A stretch of DNA of 64,000 nucleotides from an uncultured Microthrixaceae bacterium (lineage in GTDB: Bacteria; Actinomycetota; Acidimicrobiia; Acidimicrobiales; VFJN01). A model generated the notes under the pieces. The model saw nothing but the letters and a program-made list of their open reading frames with translations, was not told where the DNA came from and searched no databases. A program made the translations under genes and the position numbers. Positions 9,689 to 20,271 of this stretch are shown here, in pieces. Numbering within the stretch: the stretch's first letter is position 1; each line of letters opens with the position of its first letter. The DNA is taken from the NCBI GenBank assembly GCA_963806205.1, contig CAWDXF010000004.1, positions 202,109-266,108 of the forward strand, read 5' to 3'.

Positions 9689-11122
9689 TCACGCGGGCTC
9701 GAGCTCGTAGACCAGCTGGTACCCGAAGAGCTGGGGCCGCAGCTTCACGAGCGTGCGATCGAGCCAGCCGGCTGCCCGGCGGGCCCGCCCACCGCCGCCC
9801 GCCGACCGTCCGCGGTCGAGCACCTCGAGGGGCAGGCCCACGGCCTCCGTGCGGCGGATGTGCCAGCCGCTGCGAACGAGCAACGACTCCATGCTGCGCC
9901 GCGTGAAGAACCGGATGTGGCCGCGGTCGAGGATCCCGCGGGCGTCGTAGTCGAAGCGGCCCAGGAGCACCCGGGCCCGCGGGTACCAGTGCCCGATGTT
10001 CGGCACGCTCACCATCGCCCGGCCGCCCGGGGCCAGGCAGTCCCGGGCCTCGGCCAGGAGGCGCTCCGGGTCGCGGACGTGCTCGAGGACGTCCGCCATC
10101 AACACGAGGTCGTAGGCGCCGCCCACCTCGGGCGGGACGCCGTGGTCGAGGTCCGCCTGGTGGAACTCGGCCAGTCGGTCACGGACCTGCTTGTGCTCCT
10201 CCGTGTCGACGCCCACCACGAAGTGGCCCATGCCGGTGAGGCACTCGGCCAGCTGGCCGTCGGCGCACCCGAGGTCGAGCACCCGGCTGGGCCCGCGGTT
10301 CTGCATCCAGTCGCGCAGCCGGCCGTGCGAGGTGGCGCGACCCTTCTTGAGGTCGTACTCGGCGGGCCCCGCGAACGCGAGCTCGCCTGATCCGAGACCC
10401 ATCTTGTGGGCGCGGTAGCGGAGCACGTGGCGCGTGACGTCGCGTGCGTACTTGATGCCGTCGACGTAGCAGATCTCGTCGCCGTAGTAGGTCGGGATCG
10501 GCACCTCGATCGTGCGGAACCCGGCCTCGTGCAGCTGCACGATGATCTGGGTGTCGAAGTCGAACCCGTCGGAGTTGCCGCGGAACGGCAGCTTCGCGAG
10601 GGCGGCCACGTCGTAGGCCCGGTAGCCCGAGTGCCACTCGGACAGCTCCGTGCCGACCACCGCGTTCTGCACGGTGGTGAGGATCCGGTTCCCGACGTAC
10701 TTGTAGAGCGGCATGCCACCGCGGCGCGCGGCGCCCGGCTGCAGGATGCGAGAGCCCAGCACGGCTTCGGCGTCGCCGTCGAGGATCGGCTGGATCAGCG
10801 TGCGGAGCTCCTCCGGCGCGTACTGGCCGTCGCCGTGCAGGAGGACCACGACGTCCCAGCCGTGCGCGATCGCGTACTCGTAGCCCCACTTCTGGTTGCC
10901 GCCGTAGCCGAGGTTGCTGTCGTGGCGCACCACGACGAGGGGCAGCTCCGTGGTCTCCTGGTAGCCGAGGCCCACCTGGTAGGTGCCGTCCTGGCTGTGG
11001 TCGTCGCCGACGAGGACCTCGTGGATCTGCTCCCCGACGTCGGCCGGGATGCGGTCGAGGACCTGCGCGAGGGTGCCCGCCGCGTTGTACGCGACGACCA
11101 GGATGCCGACCTTGGACTTCAC
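9689..11122 (-). CDS. Bifunctional GT2 glycosyltransferase / class I SAM methyltransferase
   Basis: N-terminal VVAYNAA, DDHSQDGT, LHGDGQY; C-terminal VLDLGCADG, DVLEHV, GILDRGHIRFFT; GTG start at 11122. Confidence 0.88.
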   Translation of the reverse strand: MKSKVGILVVAYNAAGTLAQVLDRIPADVGEQIHEVLVGDDHSQDGTYQVGLGYQETTELPLVVVRHDSNLGYGGNQKWGYEYAIAHGWDVVVLLHGDGQYAPEELRTLIQPILDGDAEAVLGSRILQPGAARRGGMPLYKYVGNRILTTVQNAVVGTELSEWHSGYRAYDVAALAKLPFRGNSDGFDFDTQIIVQLHEAGFRTIEVPIPTYYGDEICYVDGIKYARDVTRHVLRYRAHKMGLGSGELAFAGPAEYDLKKGRATSHGRLRDWMQNRGPSRVLDLGCADGQLAECLTGMGHFVVGVDTEEHKQVRDRLAEFHQADLDHGVPPEVGGAYDLVLMADVLEHVRDPERLLAEARDCLAPGGRAMVSVPNIGHWYPRARVLLGRFDYDARGILDRGHIRFFTRRSMESLLVRSGWHIRRTEAVGLPLEVLDRGRSAGGGGRARRAAGWLDRTLVKLRPQLFGYQLVYELEPA

Positions 11123-11179
11123 CGCGCCCTCGACCTCATCGGGACGAGAACCTACCGCACCGTCGCTAGCGTTCTCGAC

Positions 11180-11853
11180 ATGAGCGGTACGGTTGCCCTG
11201 GTCCACGGCTTCGCCACCTCGAGTGCCCGCACCTGGGGGGAGAACGGCTGGCTGGACCTCCTGGGGGACGTCGGCCGCCGCCCCCTGCCCATCGATCTGC
11301 TCGGGCACGGGACCGCCGAGAAGCCCCACGACCCTGCCGCGTACGCCGCGATGGAGGACCTCGTCCTCGGGCAGCTCCCCCGGAGCCCGTGGACGCCATC
11401 GGCTTCTCACTGGGGGCACGGGTCCTCCTCACGCTGGCCTGCGACCACCCCGAGCGGTTCGAGCGCCTGGTCCTCACGGGTGTGGGGGCCAACCTCCTCC
11501 GCCAGGAGACCAGCGACGTGATCCTCAAGGCCGTCGAGGGCGAGGGCGACCCCACCAACCCGGTGGTCCAGTACTTCGCGGGCCTGGCCGCCCACCCCGA
11601 CACGGACCGGACGGCCCTCGCGGCGTGCCTGCGCAGCCCTCGGCCGGTGCTCACGCCCGAGCGCCTGGCCGCGGTGGACCTGCCCGTCCTGGTCGTGATC
11701 GGGGACAAGGACTTCGCCGGCCCCGGCGAGCCGCTGGCGGAGGCCCTCCCCCGGTCGATCCTGGTGACCCTGCGCAACGTCGACCACTTCGCGACGCCGA
11801 AGGACTTCGGGTGCATCGACGCGGCGCTGGACTTCCTGGGCGCCGGCTCGTGA
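11180..11853 (+). CDS. Alpha/beta hydrolase, frameshifted near 11380
   Basis: LVHGF..IDLLGHG in one frame; GFSLG nucleophile, GDKD and DH in the next. Confidence 0.8.
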
Positions 11854-12511
11854 GCGCCCCGTCGACCTTCATCCTCGGCGTGGACCTCGACGGTGTCTGC
11901 GGTGACTACACGGCCGCGTTCCGGGCGGTCGTGGCTGCCGACCGCGACGTCGACCCGGCGTCGCTCGCGGACGACCGCTCCTGGGACTTCTCGGAGTGGG
12001 GGGTCGACTCCGCGGAGGAGTTCGACCGGCTGCACCGCCTGGCCGTGCTCGAGCACCGGATGTTCCGCCACATGCCCGCGATGCCCGGGGTGTCGGAGAG
12101 CCTGTGGCGCCTGTCGGACGCGGGCGTCTGGATCCGGATCATCACGCACCGCCTGTGCGTGAACTGGGGCCACGCGGTGGCCGTCGCCGACACCGTGGCC
12201 TGGCTCGACGACACCGGCATCCCGTACCGCGACATCTGCTTCCTCGGCGCCAAGCCCGAGGTCGACGCCGACGCGTACGTCGACGACGCGGTGCACAACG
12301 TGGCCGCGCTCCGCGACGCGGGCAGCCACGTGATCGTGTACGACGCGCCCTACAACCAGGGCATCGAGGGGCCGCGGGCCCGATCGTGGGCGGAGGTCGA
12401 GGCGCTCGTCCTCGCGCGCGTCGCGGAGCTCGACGTGCGCCTGGCGCCGCAGATCCGCGCGACGACCCCGGCGCCGACCGCCTCACCGGACGCCTCCGCC
12501 CCGACCTCTGA
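11850..12511 (+). CDS. HAD-superfamily 5'(3')-deoxyribonucleotidase-like protein; C-terminus probably frameshifted
   Basis: GVDLDGV motif I, IITHR, K...YVDD, APYN; GTGA overlap with the hydrolase. Confidence 0.8.
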
Positions 12512-12630
12512 CGGCGGGCGATCGCTGCTACGCCGGGCGGCAGCGAACAGGGCCCCCGGAGAGCCGCCGCTGCTCGTCGGACGCGGCGTTGTTCAACCCG
12601 ATTCCATACGAGCTGCTGCTCATCTGAGGA

Positions 12631-12667
12631 CCCCCCGATCCCGATCCCGCTCCCGCTCCCGCTCCCC
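12631..12667. repeat. Hexamer tandem repeat (CCCGAT)2(CCCGCT)3
   Basis: Read directly; intergenic between convergent genes. Confidence 0.8.
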
Positions 12668-12704
12668 TCACCTACTGCCCCGAACACGTTCGGTCGTCGT
12701 TGGC

Positions 12705-13485
12705 TCAGGTGTTCTGGACCGTCAACCCCCCGTCCACGGGGATGATCGCGCCGGTCAGGAACGACGCGGCGGGGAGCACCACCGACAGCGTGATGTGCGC
12801 GACCTCCTCGGGCTCGCCGTAGCGGCGCATCGGCACCCGCCGCCGCGCGAACTTCACCTTGTCCTCCTCCGGGATCGGCTCCGTCATGCCGGTGCGGATG
12901 GGCCCGGGACAGATGCAGTTCACGGTCACGCCGGTCGGGCCGAGCTCGACCGCGAGGGAGCGGGTCAGGCCCACGACCGCGTGCTTCGCCGCGGTGTACG
13001 GCGACATGAACCTGGTCGCGCCGAGCCCCTCGGTCGAGGCCACGTTCACGATGCGACCGGCGCCGTCGCGCCGGAGGTCGTCGAGCGACCGCGCGGATGG
13101 TCCGCGTGTAGGCGGTGATGTTGACGGCCAGCGTGGCTGCCCACGCGTCCTCGAAGTCCGGGTGGTCGATGGGCGCGGGGAGGCTGATGCCCGCGTTGTT
13201 GACCAGGATGTCGATCGGGCCCAGCGCCGCGCGCGCCTCGGCGACCGCCCGGGCCGGCGCGGCCGCATCGGCGAGGTCGGCACCGATGGCGACGACCACT
13301 GCCCCGGCCGCCACGAGCTCGTCGGCCACCGGCTGCGCATCCTCGACCCGGCGGTCCACCACCGCCACCTTCGCCCCCTCCGCGGCGAAGAGCTGCGCCG
13401 TCGCGCGACCCATCCCGCTGGCCGCCCCGGTGACGATCGCGACGCGACCGGCGATGGAGCGGAGGGAGGGCGGGTCGGCGGGCAT
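12705..13485 (-). CDS. SDR family oxidoreductase, frameshifted near 13090
   Basis: VTGAASGMG and LVNNAG, then NVAS, YTAAK, VDGG in the next frame. Confidence 0.88.
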
Positions 13486-13521
13486 GGGGGGACCGTAGCC
13501 AAGGGGGGTAGACCCTTGTCC

Positions 13522-13785
13522 GTGGACCTGTGGGCGATCGCCGGTGCCCTCGCGCTCACCGTGGTGTTCTCGATCCCGCTCGCCGTGACGATGTGGGCCC
13601 TGCTCGACGTCGCCCATCGACCGCAGTGGGCGTGGGCGCTGGCTGGCCGGCGGCAGGTCGTCTGGATGGCCGGGATCATCCTCGCCGCGCTGACCGTGGT
13701 GGGCGGCCTCTTCGTGTCCCTGTGGTACCTGCTCAAGGTCCGCCCGATCATCGCCGCCGCGGAGCGCGGCGACCTGCCGCCTTAG
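13522..13785 (+). CDS. Small membrane protein (DUF2516-like)
   Basis: WALLDVAHRPQWAWALAGRRQVVW...YLLKVRP; two to three TM segments. Confidence 0.6.
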   Translation: MDLWAIAGALALTVVFSIPLAVTMWALLDVAHRPQWAWALAGRRQVVWMAGIILAALTVVGGLFVSLWYLLKVRPIIAAAERGDLPP

Positions 13786-14684
13786 CGGTCCGAGTCGCGG
13801 TCCAGGAAGCGCCGCGGGGGCGGGCCGTAGCGGCCGCGGGCATGATCGACCAGGGCACGGGCGCGGGCGCGGGCCACGAAGTAGGGCCCGCGGGTGGAGG
13901 GGCGCAGGAGCCCCCCGACGAGCTGCAGCACCCCCAGCAGCCAGCGGATCGTGGCCTTGTAGCGCCCGAAGTGCTCGCGGACGAGCAGGAGGGTGTTGCG
14001 CAGCTGGAGGTAGTCGATGGCCGCAACCCGCGTGCCGGTGTCCGGGTTCCGGACGATCGCCCCGCGCACCAGGCCCGTCTCCCAGCCCTGGGCCGCCGCG
14101 CGCAGCGCGAGGTCGGCCTCCTCGCAGTACGCGAAGTACCGCTCGTCGAAGAGCCCGATCTGCTCGAGCAGCTCCCGTCGGGCCAGCATCAGGGTCCCGT
14201 GGGGGTGGCCGGCCGCCTCCCATCCTTCGGCCACGGCCGCCGGCGCGAGGATCCCGCCGAAGTAGGGGTCGACCACCGGTGTCGCACCGTCGCCGAAGTC
14301 GGCGCTGGCCAGCCCGGCCCGGGGGCGGGTCGCCACCGCGTCGAGCATCCGCTCCAGACACCCTGGTTCGGGCTCGGCGTCCTGGGGCGCGAGCGCCACC
14401 CACGGCAGGTCCCCGGGGTCCGGCTGGGCGAGCACGTGGCGGAACCCCGCGTTGGCCCCGGGCCCGAACCCGCGGTTGCGGGGCAGCGCCACCAGCGGCA
14501 CCCCGTCCGGGAGCCCCGCCTTCAGCACGCCCACCTGCTCCGGCGTCGACCCGTTGTCGACCACGACGACGCGCACGCCGCCCCGCACGTCGTGCGCGAG
14601 GAAGCGGGCCACGGTGGCGACGCAGCGCTCCGCCCGGTTCCAGTGCACGATCACGACCGGCAGCACGCCCTCATCCTGGCCCAC
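13782..14684 (-). CDS. GT2 family glycosyltransferase
   Basis: VIVHWN, VVDNGS, NRGFGPGAN, FDERYFAYCEEADL; start approximate. Confidence 0.88.
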   Translation of the reverse strand: MGQDEGVLPVVIVHWNRAERCVATVARFLAHDVRGGVRVVVVDNGSTPEQVGVLKAGLPDGVPLVALPRNRGFGPGANAGFRHVLAQPDPGDLPWVALAPQDAEPEPGCLERMLDAVATRPRAGLASADFGDGATPVVDPYFGGILAPAAVAEGWEAAGHPHGTLMLARRELLEQIGLFDERYFAYCEEADLALRAAAQGWETGLVRGAIVRNPDTGTRVAAIDYLQLRNTLLLVREHFGRYKATIRWLLGVLQLVGGLLRPSTRGPYFVARARARALVDHARGRYGPPPRRFLDRDSDR

Positions 14685-14712
14685 CCCACGACCGGTGGGG
14701 CACGCTGGGGAG

Positions 14713-16011
14713 ATGGACACGCCGCGCGGGCCCGACGCCGCCCGCGACCTGCTCGCCTTCATCGACGCGTCGCCCTCGCCCTTCCACGCCTGCCAGAGCG
14801 CCGCGCAGCGCCTGCAGGCGGCGGGCTTCGAGGAGCTGGACGAGACGGCCGCGTGGGCGCCGGGACCCGGCCGCCGCTTCCTCCGACGCGGGGGGAGCCT
14901 CGTCGCCTGGGCAGCGGGCGCGCACCACGGGCCGACCAGCCCCCTGCGCGTCGTCGGGGCGCACACGGACAGCCCCAACCTCCGCGTGAAGCCGAACGCG
15001 GACGCCGGTCGGGCCGGCTACCGGCAGCTCGCCGTGGAGGTCTACGGCGGCGCGCTCCTCAACTCGTGGCTCGACCGCGACCTGGGCCTGTCGGGGCGCG
15101 TGATCGTGCGGGAGGGCAACGGCGCCGCGGCACGCCTGTTGCTGGTCGACCGCCCGGTCCTTCGCGTGCCGCAGCTCGCCATCCACCTCGACGGCGACAT
15201 CCGCGAGCGAGGGCTCCTGCTGAACGCCCAGCAGCACCTGAGCCCGGTGTGGGGACTCGGCGATCCGTCCCCGGGCGGGTTCACGGCGTTCGTGGCCGCT
15301 GAGCTCGGCGTGGCTGCCGACGACGTCCTGGCCTGGGACCTCATGGCCCACGACCTCACGCCGGGCACGCTCGCCGGCGTCGACCAGGAGCTCCTCAGCG
15401 CGCCCCGGCTCGACAACCTGTGCTCGGCGTGGGCGGGGCTGGTGGCGCTGCTCGCCGCGGCCTCGACCGACCGCTCCCCGCTCCCCGTGCTGGTCCTCTT
15501 CGACCACGAGGAGATCGGCTCCACCTCCGAGCGCGGCGCGGCGTCCTCGCTGCTCCCGACCGTGGTCGAGCGCATCGGGGCCGGCCTGGGCGGCGGGCGC
15601 GACGACCTGCACCGCGCCATCGCCGGGTCCCTGTGCGCCTCCGCCGACATGGCGCACGCGACCCACCCGAACTACGCCGACCGGCACGAGCCGGGACACC
15701 AGATCCGGCTGAACGCGGGACCGGTGCTGAAGGTCAACAGCAACCTCCGGTACGCCACCGACGGCGCGAGCGGCGCGGCGTTCGTGCTCGCGTGCGAGCA
15801 GGCCGGCGTCCCGTACCAGCGCTACGCGCACCGCAGCGATCTCCCCTGCGGCTCGACCATCGGCCCGCTGACCGCGGCCGGGCTCGGCATGTCGACCTTC
15901 GACGTCGGCGCGCCGCAGCTCGCGATGCACTCGGCGCGCGAGCTCGCCGGGGCCGAGGACGCGGGGCTCTACGCCGCCGCGCTGGCCGCGTTCCTCGCGC
16001 CCGGAGGCTGA
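14713..16011 (+). CDS. apeB: M18 family aspartyl aminopeptidase
   Basis: SPSPFHA, GAHTDSP, RLDNL, FDHEEIGS, SADMAHATHPN, CGSTIGP, MHSARE. Confidence 0.93.
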   Translation: MDTPRGPDAARDLLAFIDASPSPFHACQSAAQRLQAAGFEELDETAAWAPGPGRRFLRRGGSLVAWAAGAHHGPTSPLRVVGAHTDSPNLRVKPNADAGRAGYRQLAVEVYGGALLNSWLDRDLGLSGRVIVREGNGAAARLLLVDRPVLRVPQLAIHLDGDIRERGLLLNAQQHLSPVWGLGDPSPGGFTAFVAAELGVAADDVLAWDLMAHDLTPGTLAGVDQELLSAPRLDNLCSAWAGLVALLAAASTDRSPLPVLVLFDHEEIGSTSERGAASSLLPTVVERIGAGLGGGRDDLHRAIAGSLCASADMAHATHPNYADRHEPGHQIRLNAGPVLKVNSNLRYATDGASGAAFVLACEQAGVPYQRYAHRSDLPCGSTIGPLTAAGLGMSTFDVGAPQLAMHSARELAGAEDAGLYAAALAAFLAPGG

Positions 16012-16036
16012 GATCGACCAGGGCGACGCGCGACGG

Positions 16037-16537
16037 GTGCTCGGCGTGGCGCCTGACGCGTCGTGGGCGGCGGTCCGCAGCGCGTACCGACGGGCGATCC
16101 GCGCGGCCCACCCCGACGTCGCCGGGGGCTCGTCGAGCCGGGCGGCCACGCTGAACGTGGCCTACGCCACCCTGGTGCGCGCCCGGCGGGCGGCACCATC
16201 GGAGCCGGTGCGGTCACGCCCGCGGCCGCCGCGGGTGGGCCCGATCGAGGTGCTCGACGGGGACACGCTGCGGGTGGCCGCCCCACCGGACGAGGCGTTC
16301 CTCGCGGTGCTCGAGGCCTGCCACCGGATCGGTGACGTGACCTACGTCGACCGCTCGTGCGCCATCCTCGAGACCCTGGTGCGCATCCCCGGTGAAGGCG
16401 CCTGCAGCCTGGTCGTCAGCTTCCAGGGCCGGGCCCTCGGCACCGACGCCTTCTGCACGCTCGAGGCCATCGAGCACGTCGGCTCACCGCCGGTCGGGCC
16501 CGTCATCGCCGCGCTGCGGGCCGCCCTCGAGGCGTAG
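16037..16537 (+). CDS. J-domain (DnaJ-like) protein with an unknown C-terminal domain
   Basis: VLGV...VRSAYRRAIRAAHPD...LNVAYATL. Confidence 0.8.
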   Translation: MLGVAPDASWAAVRSAYRRAIRAAHPDVAGGSSSRAATLNVAYATLVRARRAAPSEPVRSRPRPPRVGPIEVLDGDTLRVAAPPDEAFLAVLEACHRIGDVTYVDRSCAILETLVRIPGEGACSLVVSFQGRALGTDAFCTLEAIEHVGSPPVGPVIAALRAALEA

Positions 16538-16546
16538 CCTCCTCCC

Positions 16547-16954
16547 ATGGCCGAGGAGCTGCCCCCGATCCCCACCGACGACGAGCTGCGCGAGCGCCTC
16601 TCGCCCCTCCAGTACGAGGTCACCCAGAAGGCGGGCACCGAGCGGGCCTTCACCGGGGCCTACTGGGACACCAAGGAGCCCGGCACCTACCGCTGCATCG
16701 TCTGCGACCAGGTCCTGTTCATGTCGGACACGAAGTACGACTCGGGCAGCGGCTGGCCCAGCTTCACCGACCCCGCCACCGCCGATGCCGTGCGCTTCGT
16801 CGAGGACACCGCCCACGGCATGGTCCGCACCGAGGTGCGCTGCGGGCGCTGCGGCGCCCACCTCGGCCACGTCTTCCCCGACGGCCCCGGGCCGACGGGC
16901 GAGCGCTTCTGCATGAACTCCGCCTCCCTGCGGCTCGACCCCCAGGCGGGCTGA
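16547..16954 (+). CDS. msrB: Peptide-methionine (R)-S-oxide reductase
   Basis: [38 protein letters not shown], two CxxC. Confidence 0.97.
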   Translation: MAEELPPIPTDDELRERLSPLQYEVTQKAGTERAFTGAYWDTKEPGTYRCIVCDQVLFMSDTKYDSGSGWPSFTDPATADAVRFVEDTAHGMVRTEVRCGRCGAHLGHVFPDGPGPTGERFCMNSASLRLDPQAG

Positions 16955-16981
16955 CCCGACCCGGGTGGTAGCGTCGAACAC

Positions 16982-19019
16982 ATGTTCGACGCCGTGGAGC
17001 TCACCGACGAGCAGGCCGCGGCCGCCCACCACCCCGACCGGCACCTCCTGATCGTCGCCGGCGCGGGCACGGGCAAGACCACCACCCTCGGGGCCCGGCT
17101 GGCCCACCTCGTGGACACCGGGGTGCCGCCGGAGCGCATCGTCCTGCTCACCTTCACCCGGCGAGCCGCGGCGGAGCTCGTCCACCGCGCCGAGGTGGCC
17201 ACGGGGCAGCGGGTCGCCGTCGGCGTGCTGGGCGGGCACCTTCCACTCGGTGGCCAACCGCTTCTTGCGCCGCTACGGCCGCGCCATCGGGCTCGACCCG
17301 TCCTTCACGGTGCTCGACCCGGCCGACGCCGGCGACCTCCTGGCCCTCCTGCGGGACGAGCTCCGGCCCCCGGGCGCCGCCCGCCCGCCGCCACACGCGG
17401 AAGGACGCCCTGGCGTCGGTGTGGAGCCGCTGCGTGAACACGCGCCGACCGCTCGACGAGGTGCTGGAGCGGTGGTACCCGTGGTGCCGCGACGACGCGG
17501 ACGAGCTCCGAGAGGTCTACGGCGCCTACGTCGAGCGCAAGCGGCGGACCCAGGTGCTCGACTACGACGACCTGCTGCTGCAGTGGTGGGCCGCTGCTCC
17601 GCACGCCGTCGGTCGGTCCGCTCATCGGCGAGCAGGTGGGCCACGTGCTGGTCGACGAGGTGCAGGACACCAACCCCCTGCAGGTCGACCTGCTGGCCGA
17701 GCTCGCGCGGGCTCGGTGCCACCGTCACCGCCGTCGGCGACGACGCGCAGGCCATCTACGGCTTCCGGGCGGCATCGGTGCGCGGCATCCTCGACTTCCC
17801 GGCCCGATTCGACGCGGACGTCGTGCTGCTCACGCGCAACCACCGCTCCACGCCGGAGGTGCTCGCCACCGCCAACGCGGTGATGGCCGAGGCCGTCGAG
17901 CGCCACCCGAAGGACCTGCGAGCCGAACGGCCCGCGGCGCCGCGCGCCCGCCTCGTCACGGCGCACGACGAGCACGCCCAGGCCGTCGCGGTCGCCGACG
18001 CCGTGCTCGAGCGGTTCGACGCCGGCGTGGCGCTGCAGCGCCAGGCGGTGCTGTTCCGGACGACCCACCACAGCGAGGCCCTGCAGGTGGAGCTCACGGT
18101 GCGCAACATCCCCTTCGTCCTCTACGGCGGCCTCCGCTTCCTCGAGACGGCGCACGTGAAGGACCTCGTCTCCACGCTGCGGCTGGTCGAGAACCCGACC
18201 GACGAGCTGGCGTGGTTCCGCGTGCTCCAGCTGATCGACGGGATCGGCCCCGCGCTCGCCCGACGCATCACGGCCGCCCTCGTGGCCGGCGACGCGCTCG
18301 AGGCGGCCGGTGAGCGGGCCGGGTGCCGGGCCGCGCCGCTGGCGGGTCTGCACGAGCTGGCCGCGAGCCTCGGGACGGCCGCCGATCCCGTGCGGCACGG
18401 CCGGCCGGGCGAGCAGGTGGAGGTGGTGCGCGGCTGGCTCGACGACCGCATCACCGCCCGCCACCGCAAGCCCATCGCGCGGCTCGCCGACCTCGACCGC
18501 CTCGCCGAGGCGGCCGCGCGCCGCGCCCAGCCTCGAGCGGTTCCTCACGGATCTGGTGCTCGACCCGCCCGCCTCGACCGGTGACCTCGCCGGGCCCCCG
18601 CACCTCGACGACGACTGCGCTCACCCTGTCGACCATCCACTCGGCCAAGGGCGCGGAGTGGGATGTGGTCCACGTGATCCACCTCGCCGACGGCTGCCTC
18701 CCGTCGGACCTCGCCACCGGGCGCCCCGAGGAGATCGAGGAGGAGCGGCGCCTCCTCCACGTGGCGATGACCCGCGCCCGCGACGACCTGTGGCTGCACG
18801 TCCCGCTGCGGCTGCCACTTCCACCGCCAGAACAGCCGCGGGCGCGACGACCACGGCTACGTGCAGCGCTCCCGCTTCCTGTCGCCCCGGGTGGTGGCCA
18901 CGGTCGACGAGCAGGCGGCGGCGGTCCCCACGGCGCGGCTCGAGGTGCTCGACGCGCTGCACGCCGGTCCCACGGAGGTCGACGTCTTCCTCAGCGGGCT
19001 GCTGGCCGACGGCGCCTGA
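16982..19019 (+). CDS. UvrD/REP family ATP-dependent helicase, broken by several frameshifts
   Basis: AGAGTGKT, LTFTRRAA, VDEVQDTN, VGDDAQAIYGFRAA, NHRS, STIHSAKGAEW, EERRLLHVAMTRA spread over all three frames. Confidence 0.88.
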
Positions 19020-19070
19020 GCTGCTGGTGCCGCCGCATCCGGAGGCGGTCGCCGTAGCCTCTCCGACGCA

Positions 19071-20264
19071 GTGAGCGACCGCCGACCCCCCAGCGATCCG
19101 CGCAAGATCCACGTCGCCGCCCCCGACGGGAGCGCCAGCAGCGGGCCACCCCCGCGAGCCGAGCCGCGCCCCGCCGCCCGGGGCGGCACCGCCGTCGCGC
19201 CGCCGCCCCGCATCCCGAAGGCCAAGGCGAAGGCCAGGACTCGGCCCGAGCCGGCCGCGCCGCCCGCCACCGCGCCGCCCGAGCCCGGGCGCCGCGGCCG
19301 GCGCCGCCGGTTCCTCCCCCACCGGCCCAAGCTGCGGCGCCTGCTCCTGCTCAGCGGCCTGCTGCTCCCGCTCCTGCTCCTCGCCCTGGTCGTCGGCGGC
19401 TGGCTCTACGCCCGTTCGGTCTTCAACCGGATCGAGAAGGTCCCCGTCAGCGAGGTCCTGTCCTCCGGGGGCGAGGGCACCAACTACCTGGTCGTGGGCT
19501 CCGACTCACGCGATCCCGCGGACCTCGTCGACGCGGGCCTCGACCCCGCTGCGTTCCAGGAGGGCGGGGGCCAGCGCTCGGACACGATCCTCCTCCTGCG
19601 CTTCGCCGACGGCGGGGCGAAGATGCTGTCGATCCCGCGCGACCTGTACGTCCCCATCGCCGAGACGGACGGATCCGCCAAGATCAACGCGGCGTACAAC
19701 GGCGGCCCGAAGCGCCTCATCCTCACGGTGCAGGAGGCGCTGGGCATCCCGATCCACCACTACCTCGAGGTGGACTTCGTGAGCTTCGCCTCGCTGGTCG
19801 ACTCGCTCGGCGGCATCACGATCGAGTTCCCGCACCCCGCGTTCGACCACAACTCCGGCCTCGACGTGCAGCAGGCCGGGCCGGTGGAGCTCGACGGCCC
19901 GCAAGCACTCGCCTACGTGCGCTCACGGCACTACGTCGAGGTGGTCGACGGCAAGCAGCGACCTGACGGGACGGGCGACCTCGGCCGCGTCACACGGCAG
20001 CAGACCTTCCTGACCGCCGTCCTGGGGAAGCTGGGCGAGTCGCGCAACCCGCTCACGCTGGCGCGCGCGGCGGGCAGCGCGAGCGGCGGCCTGCGCATCG
20101 ACGACCGCCTCGACCTCATGGACGCGGCGCGCCTGGCTTGGCGGCTGCGCGGTGTGGACCCCGCGCCGGTCGTGCTCCCGACGCGCATGGGTCGCAACGG
20201 CGCTGGCCTGGTGCTCTTCCTCGTCCACCCCGACGCCGACGAGGTCCTCGCCGGCTTCAAGTGA
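19071..20264 (+). CDS. LCP (LytR-CpsA-Psr) family protein
   Basis: TM helix followed by LVVGSDSR, RSDT, SIPRDLYV, KINAAY, YVRSR, DLGRVTRQQ. Confidence 0.93.
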   Translation: MSDRRPPSDPRKIHVAAPDGSASSGPPPRAEPRPAARGGTAVAPPPRIPKAKAKARTRPEPAAPPATAPPEPGRRGRRRRFLPHRPKLRRLLLLSGLLLPLLLLALVVGGWLYARSVFNRIEKVPVSEVLSSGGEGTNYLVVGSDSRDPADLVDAGLDPAAFQEGGGQRSDTILLLRFADGGAKMLSIPRDLYVPIAETDGSAKINAAYNGGPKRLILTVQEALGIPIHHYLEVDFVSFASLVDSLGGITIEFPHPAFDHNSGLDVQQAGPVELDGPQALAYVRSRHYVEVVDGKQRPDGTGDLGRVTRQQTFLTAVLGKLGESRNPLTLARAAGSASGGLRIDDRLDLMDAARLAWRLRGVDPAPVVLPTRMGRNGAGLVLFLVHPDADEVLAGFK

Positions 20265-20271
20265 GCGCCCG

